From: Ranitomeya imitator
Lineage: Eukaryota
DNA: 64,000 bases
Direction: 5' to 3'
Assembly (NCBI RefSeq): GCF_032444005.1
Contig: NC_091284.1
Location: 133,548,001-133,612,000 of the forward strand
The stretch's first letter is position 1; each line of letters starts with the position of its first letter. Both the position numbers and the translations under genes were made by a program. The notes under the pieces are model-generated. The model saw only the letters and a list, made by a program, of their open reading frames with translations, had not been told where the DNA came from and ran no database searches. This document shows positions 51,729 through 61,426 of the stretch, one piece after another.

Positions 51729-51874
51729 CTTTTGTCTTCATTCTCTAATATTCGAAACAAATCTTTAAAATACTGCGGTACCCGGACAATGACTTCTTCT
51801 GAAGAATCAATATCTTTCAGTTCAGGATACATCTTGAAATCAATGATTTTCTTTAAGTAGGTTAACCAGTCAAA
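51729..51874 (-). CDS. PHEX: PHEX (M13 zinc metallopeptidase) coding exon, orthologous to human exon 9
   Basis: 146 bp, AG/GT flanked; translates [48 protein letters not shown](R), matching recalled human [43 protein letters not shown]; ends in phase 2 (AG), completed by first G of next exon. Confidence 0.95.
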
Positions 51875-52571
51875 CTGGGAAAAACATGAAACATAATGAA
51901 TTGGTTGTTTTTAAAAGAACTTTACTCTTACATCATGATCATATGTATTGATATGTACGATACAGTGCACCAGCAATATCTCCTATGCAATTAATGTTCA
52001 TAAGGATCATCGGTCAAACTAAAATCCTCCAATATTTAATATAAAAATGACTAAAAATATCTTATAACAAGTCATACACTTAGGGTCTGATTCATTATTG
52101 CTCACATGTAAAGCACCATGAAATAAACCACGCTATAATAATAATAATCTGACTTTGGGAAGTGTTTAGTGCTTTATGCGCTTTTTTCTTTGTTTACACC
52201 AAAATTCATCTTTCCATTTATGCTTTTTTGAAATCTGTTAACCTATTGTTGTTCTTTTACTTTATCGCTGTGCGTGTGGTTTTGGGTATACATATGTTTT
52301 TGCCTAATACATCACTTGTAACTTTTCAAAGTCACTAAATTTGGTGCAAATATACTCCAATCCCCCCTCCCCTTTAATAATTTTTGATCTAAAAGTTGCA
52401 AAAGTGAATATAGAGAGAAAAGGACAGATTTTGACAAAAACAATAAACTTTGTGTGCCATTTTGCTGAGTTTGGAAAAAAAATCCGTAGCCAATTATAGC
52501 ACAAGAAAAAAATGACTTAAAAAAGAAATAGAAATGATGAATCAGACCCCTAGTGTCCAATATATATATAT

Positions 52572-55500
52572 TGTAGCACATGGTGAGAGAGTGTTTGGAA
52601 GTCTGCCAGGGTGGACACACTTCCATGTGTCCTGGCTGGACACTGCAGAGTGGCCTATGTGTTGGACGGTTCCAAGTGGGGACAGACGTCCTGAACAACA
52701 CACAGAGACCATCTTTAGGCTGGAGAGCCTACGTGCTGGACATAGCACAGCCTGTGTGCCCACAGACGTGAGAGAGAGCGGAGCTCTATTATGGACATTG
52801 AGAAAACATCGATCTGAAGTAAGACTGTTTACCTGTTGTTGCTGTCTTGCTGGTTTATGGAGCAATAAACCTGAGAACTTTTAAAGAAACGTGTCTCCTG
52901 AGTGTCACCCGCCGCACCTAAGCGAGTGTCCCCTAGACCCGTAGCGGGTGAAACGCTACAATTGGTGTTTTAGACTGCGGGCAACGATCCAAGGAGCACG
53001 TGTTGCAGCGCTGGCTGGTCTGAGCCAGAGGAGTGGACGGTCTTGAAAACCGTGAGTAGTGCTGATCGGGATCAGTGAGAACTGTTGTTTTGGGATACCT
53101 CTGAGAAGAGGGATCCGGGAAACTGTGTGGCCGGGCACCAACAGGTAACGGACAGGTGTCCGTGTGTACTGACCGGGGTCAGACTGGAAGAAAACAGAGA
53201 CAGTGCGTCTGGGCATCTCTGAGGCTGAGGGGTGTCCAGGAGCCCGTGAAGTTGCCAACGGGTAACGGTCTGAAAACCGTGTATTGTGCTGACCGGGGTC
53301 AGTGAAAAACTGTTTTTGGGCTATGTTAAAGCCGGGTGCGTAACGGTCTGAAAACCTTGTATTGTGCTGATCGGGATCAGTGATAATTTTTTGTAACAGA
53401 CAGGAGTCTGTGCTTTGCTGACCAGAGGTCAGTAAGAGACTGAGTTTTTTTTTCCTGAGAGTCAGCTTGCTGTGGCTCAGTGAGGTCACGAAGTTTGCTG
53501 TGGCTCGGCGGGTCCACGAAGGTGACAAGCGGCTTGCTGTGGATCGGCGGGTCCACGAAGGTGACAAGCGGCTTGCTGTGGATCGGCGGGTCCACGAAGT
53601 CTGTGGTTGAGCCGTGCAGCGCGGTTGCAGCAAGAGGTTCCGTAGCAGCAGGAGCTGCAGTGGCGGCAGCAGCTGTTTGTGATCAGCACCCGGAGGTGCC
53701 AGTGATTTGGGACTGCAGCAGGGGCTGTAGCAGTGCCAGCAGGAGCTGGTGAAGTGTTGAAGAAAAAAAAAAAAAAAAAAAAAACATTTTTTTTTCTCTT
53801 TGCAGACTCTTAAAGGGCCAGTACAGGCCCAGAGACTAAGTGGTGTACTGTGCGAACTGGGGCCTGAGTGCCGTGGGGAAGTCCACAGAGTGTACCCCAG
53901 GGAAGGGAGTGTCCCTAAAAGTGGGCGGGGACCCAAACGGGGATGGTTGCCCAAAAGGGAGTGGAGTCCCAAAAAGGGGCGGTAACCCAGATAGGGGTAG
54001 TAGCCCAAAAAGGGGTGGAATCCCAAAAGGGGGCTGTAACCCGAACAGGGGTGGTGTCAAAAAACAGAGCACTTGCCCAAAAGGGGGCGGAACCAAAAAA
54101 AGGGGAGCCGATCAGTGACGAGTCACGACTGTGTCCTTTTTGGCTGGATGGAGAGCGTGTGCGGGGGTTGTTAGACCCGGGGAGGGAAGTGTCTTTGCTG
54201 AGGACCCTTCCAGGAAGTTCTGTGTCACCTGGGACAAAGGCGAAAATAAGTGGCATAAGTGGGGACGCTAAAGGTCTTCAGGTAGCCACTCTCTACATTG
54301 TCGCAGCTGATGTTTCCACATACCATGAGGTGGCTGTAGTCCCGAACTTGCCGTGTCCTATGGTAATAGGACAAGATTTGGAAGCACTGTGGGACTGGTG
54401 GGAAAAAGGTGAAGTGTTTGTGGAAATTATGTGTATGGGAGGTAGTAATGTGAATGCGCCCCCTAGTGTGGACAGACCTAAGCTGGACATGCCCAAAGAA
54501 AATGGTGAACAGGCCCAACTTGGTGAGACAACATTGGCAGAAACACCTCCCAACACTGATGGGTCAGGTATAAGGGCGACCAGAGGAAACCGTGCGTCTG
54601 CCGAACTTACTGACCTGACGTCACCTGAAGTGTGCGACAGTGTGACTGGTAATGAACTGGTAGATAAGGATGTGGTGGTTAAACAGAGTGGAGCTGACAC
54701 CCAGTTAGAGTGTGACTTGGGGGGTCGCCTTATTGTGGGGTGTGACACAGACTCCAAGGGTGACTGTGACATGACAAGGCCAGTAACAAGTGCTACAACT
54801 GAGTATGATGTACCGGTATCAGAAATACTGACACAGGGGAACGACAGGGCTCCACAGGGTGAAGACAGGATGGCAGTGACAGCCATGCCAGAAATTGTGA
54901 CCTGTTTAAGTGGGGACTGTCGGTTCCAGGAAGACCAATTGGGTGGTGGTGACTTCCATTCAGATGATGACACCAGTGGAAAAGAGTGCAGTAAGGCTGA
55001 CTCAGGTTCCGCTGGCAAGTCTTCCTCCCGTCGCCGGAGACGTAGAAAAGGCAAAGGGGCTGAACCAGTTGCACCTTGTGAAGATGTGACGGAAGAGGGT
55101 GAAGGCTCCAGAAAATCTGGTGCTGAGGACTTGAAGTGTCTGGAGTACTTTAAAGTCCCAGGGGAACGGGACGAACCTAAGGATGTCACCGCTAAGACCC
55201 CAGAGAGGGTTGACGCTGACAGTGCAAAGTCTGAGGGTGCAGAAGTGGAGGTGGCCACCAAAGAAGTGGTGCCTGAATTAGATACCTCCTCAAGTGATGC
55301 ATGCTCCACCAATCCGGAGGATGGGAGAAGCGAGATAGAGCTGCTCAAAGAGTCTCTCAAACAAGAAAAGGCCCTGAGACAAATGGCGGAGCACAGGTTG
55401 GATGAGATGGAGAAGGAGGTCTCTGAGCTCAGAGGTCACCTGACAGTGTGGCACAGTGAGAATAAGGCCTTAGGCGAAAATGTGGTAGTGCTCCGAGAAG

Positions 55501-57394
55501 CAGTAAGAAGTCTTCTGTCAGAGGAGAAGTTACGGGTCCGAGACGTACAGCAGTCATCCCCGAGTGATAACAAGGCGGAGCTGCCGATACCCATCTTGGC
55601 AAAGATTGTTGAGAAGGGTAAAACTGAGGAAGAGCTCGCGGTAAAGGCAGAACAAGACAGTCACCCGGTCATGGCAGATGTCTTAATGGAAAGGTCCAAA
55701 GAAGAACCGGAGCCGTCCGTCCATGAAGAGAGTGAGACCCCGCTCTTCAAGAGTGTGATAGATGTACCCGAGGATGTGCAAGAAGCCTGTACCGGTGAAG
55801 GTGTGCATGAGGCCTTTAGAAAAGCGGTGGAAGCATGTAGTGTGCACTGGGCACCAGAGACTAAACAGTTGGTGATACTGTCGACTATGGAAGTCACAGT
55901 GAAGCGGGTGGCTGTCCTGAGGGATATGCACCTACACTGCCTCCGTACAAAGCAGAAGATCATTTTGAAGAATGATGAAGCCATTCGACGTTTGGAGCGT
56001 GAAAGGAAAGCTCTTAGTCGGCTGGGCTTAGTGGAAGACACAGTCCAAGTACCTAAAGGTCTGGTGGCGAAAATCATTGGGAAACTTGGGAGAGTGATGC
56101 AGGAGATGGTGGATAAATCCGGTCTGAAGAGACTGAGGATACCCGCTGATGAAGAGGTCCAGGTCTTGGGTGAAGATGGGATGGTTCCGTTCCTGGTTGT
56201 CGGATCCAGAGAGAGTCTCAGGAATATCCGCATGCTCCTGGAATATCGCATGGCATACCTAAGGGAGGTAGAGCAGCTGAGACTTGAGAGATGGCAAGTT
56301 AATAGACAGCTGCCAGAGATGCGAAGAAGTTTGCGTAAGACCAGAAGTCCTCAAGCGGAAGCTAGCAGGGGACATAGAGAAAAGTGGATGGATTGCTCTC
56401 CAGGCAATAAAAACCATGGGAGAAGGTGGCCTGATGAAACGGGTGGAAGCAGTGATGCCTCAGTTAGCTCAGGGTTAAGTGACCTAAGCAGGAGATCCTG
56501 TAGCAGACGAGATGTCAAGGGGTCATCGTTATTAAGGGATCTGACCGAAAGGGATGACGAATGCCGACGAAAGGGTTCAATGACAGGCCCTGACTTAAAC
56601 GGACGGTTTGACTGTCAGGGACGACTGAGAGGGGTCTCTAGTCGGTTTAGGACAAGTGCCAAGCCCCACGGCTTTAGGCAGAGGGGGGAGGTATGTAGCA
56701 TGGCTAAAGCTTGTATAGTCGATGGGAGGTATGTATCACAGAGAAGACTTGCCGCTGTGATGTAACCCGGAGTGTTTTGTTTAATACACATAAGGCAATA
56801 AGGAATTGTTTAGGATGTTTGGGTCCGGGTTACGGGTAGCTATGAGAGATGGGAGGGTCTGGCTACCCATATACCTCACCCCTGGGTAAGGGGCATAACC
56901 ATGCCTATTTGTTTTTCAGGACCTGTGGTGATGTCATAGCCACATGTCTAATCATGTGACGTTACTTCACCAATGGGTGTGGTTTCAGGCTACTTAATGG
57001 AGATGTGTAGCACATGGTGAGAGAGTGTTTGGAAGTCTGCCAGGGTGGACACACTTCCATGTGTCCTGGCTGGACACTGCAGAGTGGCCTATGTGTTGGA
57101 CGGTTCCAAGTGGGGACAGACGTCCTGAACAACACACAGAGACCATCTTTAGGCTGGAGAGCCTACGTGCTGGACATAGCTCAGCCTGTGTGCCCACAGA
57201 CGTGAGAGAGAGCGGAGCTCTATTATGGACATTGAGGAAACATCGATCTGAAGTAAGACTGTTTACCTGTTGTTCCTGTCTTGCTGGTTTATGGAGCAAT
57301 AAACATGAGAACTTTTAAAGAAACGTGTCTCCTGAGTGTCACCCGCCGCACCTAAGCGAGTGTCCCCTAGACCCATAGCGGGTGAAACGCTACA
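52572..57394 (+). mobile_element. Non-autonomous LTR retroelement (Gypsy/Gmr1-like) carrying a captured FXR1-like segment
   Basis: 389-bp direct repeats 52572-52960 and 57006-57394 (TGTAGC...GCTACA, 5 differences seen); ATAT TSD in AT microsatellite context; TGGTG PBS-like site; no RT/RH/IN. Confidence 0.93.
53943..56765 (+). CDS. 940-aa chimeric ORF: retropepsin-like domain, acidic linker, coiled coil, FXR1-like KH0-KH2-NES
   Basis: GLLDPGREVSLL...CPMVIGQD retropepsin-like; residues ~602-790 align with recalled FXR1 (DVPED..EAC, PETKQLVILS, VKRV..L.DMHL, VED..QVP..LV.K.IGK.G, VDKSG, EDGMVPF, LLEY..AYL.EVEQLR.ER). Confidence 0.92.
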   Translation: MVAQKGVESQKGAVTQIGVVAQKGVESQKGAVTRTGVVSKNRALAQKGAEPKKGEPISDESRLCPFWLDGERVRGLLDPGREVSLLRTLPGSSVSPGTKAKISGISGDAKGLQVATLYIVAADVSTYHEVAVVPNLPCPMVIGQDLEALWDWWEKGEVFVEIMCMGGSNVNAPPSVDRPKLDMPKENGEQAQLGETTLAETPPNTDGSGIRATRGNRASAELTDLTSPEVCDSVTGNELVDKDVVVKQSGADTQLECDLGGRLIVGCDTDSKGDCDMTRPVTSATTEYDVPVSEILTQGNDRAPQGEDRMAVTAMPEIVTCLSGDCRFQEDQLGGGDFHSDDDTSGKECSKADSGSAGKSSSRRRRRRKGKGAEPVAPCEDVTEEGEGSRKSGAEDLKCLEYFKVPGERDEPKDVTAKTPERVDADSAKSEGAEVEVATKEVVPELDTSSSDACSTNPEDGRSEIELLKESLKQEKALRQMAEHRLDEMEKEVSELRGHLTVWHSENKALGENVVVLREAVRSLLSEEKLRVRDVQQSSPSDNKAELPIPILAKIVEKGKTEEELAVKAEQDSHPVMADVLMERSKEEPEPSVHEESETPLFKSVIDVPEDVQEACTGEGVHEAFRKAVEACSVHWAPETKQLVILSTMEVTVKRVAVLRDMHLHCLRTKQKIILKNDEAIRRLERERKALSRLGLVEDTVQVPKGLVAKIIGKLGRVMQEMVDKSGLKRLRIPADEEVQVLGEDGMVPFLVVGSRESLRNIRMLLEYRMAYLREVEQLRLERWQVNRQLPEMRRSLRKTRSPQAEASRGHREKWMDCSPGNKNHGRRWPDETGGSSDASVSSGLSDLSRRSCSRRDVKGSSLLRDLTERDDECRRKGSMTGPDLNGRFDCQGRLRGVSSRFRTSAKPHGFRQRGEVCSMAKACIVDGRYVSQRRLAAVM

Positions 57395-57512
57395 ATATAT
57401 ACATATATATATATATATATATACAGCTCTGTAAAAAATTAAGAGACCACCACATAAAAAAACCCTGTCATGGGCAACCCAATCTCCAGACCTGAACCCC
57501 ATTGAAAACCTC

Positions 57513-58499
57513 TGTTAGGACTGGCGGAACGCACCCAGAAAGATGATATAGATGCGTTCGCAGTCCGAGGTCCACCGTGTAGGTGAAAACCCGCTGCTAG
57601 TAAATTGCAGACTATATGGCGGTACACTAAAATAAACACACGTGGGTTCAACCTCACCCAGCGTGAAGGAAGCAATCCTGTTGCGTCACAGGACCACAGT
57701 ACCGCACCTAAAGCGCGAGCAAGCAGTCAGCGTACTTAACCCCAACTGGGATTGAAGTCCGATTAGACCCTTGCTGGCACTACACCGCAACTGGGTGTGT
57801 AAGGAAACTAATTAGAAATATATAAATGCACAGGAGTGCGAGCAATGCCGCACTGACGGACGCCACCAACCACACAGGCTTGTGTATGGAAAGCGCTAGG
57901 CAAGCGCACGGCGCCGTACAGGCGAACACAGCAAGAGGACGCTGTAATGTGTGTATCGTGCAGATGGTTAGTCGGGCGCTAGATAGCTACCAACATCCGC
58001 GAGCAGACAACAACTCTAGGGAGGGATATTTAGGAGCTTTCATCCATCGACATACATCCATCTACACACACACATATATAATTATGAGACAATACTAGCG
58101 CATGGCCGTGCGGTCATGCGCAGTTATATAGTTGCAGCACAGGAAGTGGCTACAGAACTTTTGCCCTTCCAAGACCTGCCAAGAGGACCAATGGGATGTG
58201 CTGCAGACCCTGAGCACCTGACCCTCGATCTCCAACGGGAGATCTTGCCCTGGGCATGCTCAGTATGTGCAGACAAGGACTTAGTCCCAGAGAAGTCCGC
58301 TTGCTGCTGACCAGTACTGGCTTTAATGGCAGAAGCTGGAGAAGCAGCAGTAACTCTTAGAACAGAGTGAGATTGAGCAAGACACTGGGACCGACGTCTT
58401 TGCTGAGCAGACTCCACTGCGGCTGGAACAGAATGGGAGACCGCAGTGGAGATGGCTCGAGATACCCCCTGTGCAGAAGCGGGAACTCGACCTCTAACA
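57513..58499 (-). mobile_element. Solo LTR related to Gypsy A/B families
   Basis: Reverse complement TGTTAGAGGTCGAG...CCTAACA; 5-bp TSD ACCTC. Confidence 0.9.
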
Positions 58500-58526
58500 A
58501 CCTCTGGAATGTAATCAAGAGGAATT

Positions 58527-60499
58527 CAGGGCCGGCTCCAGGTTTTTGAGGGACCTGGGCGAAAGAGTCCCAGTGGGCCCCCCCTTTAACACATACCACG
58601 ATTCATGATCGCATATAACACAGCCATGTAGTATATAACACGGCCCATGTAGTGTATAGAACAGCCACATAGTATATAGCACAGCCCACATAGCATATAA
58701 CAGCCCATATAGTATATAGCACAGCCACATATTATATAACACAGCCCATGTAGTATATAACACGGCCCACGTAGTATATAGAACAGCCATGTAGAAAATA
58801 GCACAGCCCACGTAGCATATAATAGCCCACGTAGTATATAACACGGCCCACGTAGTATAAAGAACAGCCGTGTAGTATATAGCACAGCCCACATAGCATA
58901 TAACAGCCCATATAGTGTATATAGCAAAGCCCACGTAGTATATAACATGGCCCATGTAGTATATAGCACAGCCTCATAGTATATAGCAAAGCCCACGTAG
59001 CATATAACAGCCCATATAGTATATAGCACAGCCACATATTATATTACACAGCCCATATAGTATATAACACGGCCAACGTAGTATATAGAACAGCCATGTA
59101 GTATATAGCACAGCCCACGTAGCATATAACAGCCCACGTAGTATATAACATGGCCCACGTAGTATATAACACGGCCCATGTAGTATATCGCACAGACATA
59201 TAGTATATAGCACAGCCCATGTAGCATATAACAGCACTTATAGTTAGGGTTGAGCGACTTTTACTTTTATAGGATCGGGTCGGGTTTCACGAAACCCAAC
59301 TATTTCAAAAGTCGGGTCGAGTGAAATCGGCCGATCCTATAAAAAAGTCGGGGTTGGGGTCGGCCGAAACACGAAACCCAATGCAGTGCATTGGGTTTCC
59401 AATGGCTCCCAGGGTCTGAAGGAGAGGAAACTCTCCTTCAGGCCCTGGGATCCATATTTAAGTGTAAAATAAAGAATTAAAATAAAAAATATTGCTATAC
59501 TCACCCTCTGACGCGCCCTGGTACTAACCGGCAGCCTTCCTTCCTTAGAATCAGCGCGTGAAGGGCCTTAGATGACGTCGCGGCTTGTGATTGGTCGCGC
59601 GACCGCCCATGTGACCGCTCGCGCGACCAATCACAAGCCGCGACATCACCGAAGGTCCTTCACGCGCTGATTCTAAGGAAGGAAGGCTGACGGTTAGTAC
59701 CAGGGCGCGTCAGAGGGTGAGTATAGCAATATTTTTTATTTTAATTCTTTATTTTACACTTAAATATGGATTCCGATACCAATTTCCGATATTGCAAACA
59801 TATTGGAACTCGGTATTGGAATTCCAATACCAGATTCAGAAGATCGCCGACCTCATGGCCGACCCCACACAGGGTTCGGGTCGGGTTTCATGAAACCTGA
59901 CTTTGCCAAAAGTCGGCGACTTCTGAAAATGGCCGACCCGTTTCGCTCAACCCTACTTATAGTACATAGCACAGCCCACATAGTATCTAACACAGCCATG
60001 TACTATATAGCACAGCCATGTAGTATACAGCACAGTCCCCCTCCCCACAAGAATAGCCCCATAGTCCAGTACTCACTGTTATAGTCACACAAAAAAACAC
60101 TCCTCACCTCAACGTGCCCGCGCTGCGCGCTTCTCCCTGCTCCGTTCTTGGCGGGTGCCGCTGCACTGCCTGACACACAGTGAGTGTGCGATGACGTCAT
60201 CGCGCACCCGCAGCAGCGGCAGTGTCAGAGGCAGAGCTGGGAATCATTTGCTTTGAACTTTACCGGCAGACGCGGTATAGTTCAATGCGGTGGTGGGGGA
60301 GTTGGCGCTGGCGACATGCGGGCCCCCCTGCCTCACAGAGGCCCCATAGCAGCTGCTGATGTGCCACTAGCTGAGGGCCCCTGGGGGAGCGGGGGCCCTA
60401 AGCTGCTGCCTGCCCCTAACGCCGGCCGTGAATGGGCCCCCCTGTCTCGCCAGGTCCCCGACACTTGCCCGGGTACACCAGGTGCTGACGCCGGCCCTG
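58527..60499. mobile_element. hAT-like non-autonomous element with TATAGCACAGCC minisatellite
   Basis: CAGGGCCGGC...GCCGGCCCTG TIRs; no matching TSD found. Confidence 0.6.
59245..59955. mobile_element. hAT-type MITE with long internal palindrome
   Basis: TIR TAGGGTTGAGCGA; perfect 8-bp TSD CTTATAGT. Confidence 0.92.
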
Positions 60500-61243
60500 G
60501 TTACAACTTTAGTATTGTTGTTTCTAAATGATTATGCTCTTGTATTCCTTGCATTATTTGAGGTCCAAAAGCACTGTTTTTTTTTGTTTTTTTTAAGTTA
60601 GACCATTTTTCTTTGTCAGAAAAAAATACAAAAATTATGCTTGGAAATTCGGAGACAAGTCAGAAGTTTATAGACTAAAAGAACAATTTACATTTTACTC
60701 AGAAATATTTCTATAAAGAGAAAAATCAGACAAACTAAACATTTTGCAGTGGTCTCTTAATTTTTTCCAGAGCTGTATATTACATTTGGCCCATAAATTG
60801 CCTTAAAAAAATCAATGCTTCTGTCAGTATACAAAAATAGCCAATTAGTAAAATACATAAGTTGAATGCATGTTTTGCTCTTGTTGCCCAATATCAGAGA
60901 AAAATGTGCTAGCCTGATATTTCAACAAAAAAATAAATGAAATTTATTAAAAACATAATTGTAATGTGCAAAAGGTGAAACAAACTATGGTAAACGTATG
61001 TGTAATGTAAAGCCAAATATCTAATGTAAAAATAATGCACAATACATAAACATACAAGCCAGAAGTCATAAACTATGGCACTACCCTGGATATTTTTTGC
61101 TCAAATACTCAGAAAGATCAGGAGTGATACAATGTTGGGGCTACATGATGCCATATAATAAATCGCTCATTCCTTCGTTTTGAAATAAAACACAGCACTA
61201 TCAGCAATCTTCTGTGAATATTATTCTGCCTGCATCACTATAA

Positions 61244-61426
61244 GGCCATGTTCACACATTCAGTATTGGGTCAGTATTTTACCTCAGTATTTCTATGCCA
61301 AAATGAGGAGTCGGTGAAAAATACAGAAGTGGTGACGTGTTTCTAATATTCTTTATCTAGGATTGTTCTTCTCCTGGTTTTGGCTCACAAATACTAAGGT
61401 AAAATACTGAATGTGTGAACGTGGCC
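61244..61426. mobile_element. PIF/Harbinger-type MITE, 183 bp
   Basis: GGCCA(T/C)GTTCACACATTCAGTATT TIRs; TAA TSD. Confidence 0.88.

Larger units (their letters stand above)
57424..60775 (+). mobile_element. Internally deleted Tc1-like element hosting nested insertions
   Basis: TA|CAGCTCTG..AAAAATTAAGAGACCAC TIRs with TA TSD; residual transposase SPDLNPIENL|WNVIKR split by the solo LTR. Confidence 0.85.

Noticed and set aside
54293-55360. 355-aa antisense ORF and 52956-54026 minus-strand ORF
   Set aside because: Low-complexity antisense shadows of the element with no recognisable domain
53943-56765. Calling this ORF the host FXR1 or FMR1 gene
   Set aside because: Intronless, LTR-flanked, lacks Tudor/KH1/RGG, fused to a retropepsin; gene symbol withheld
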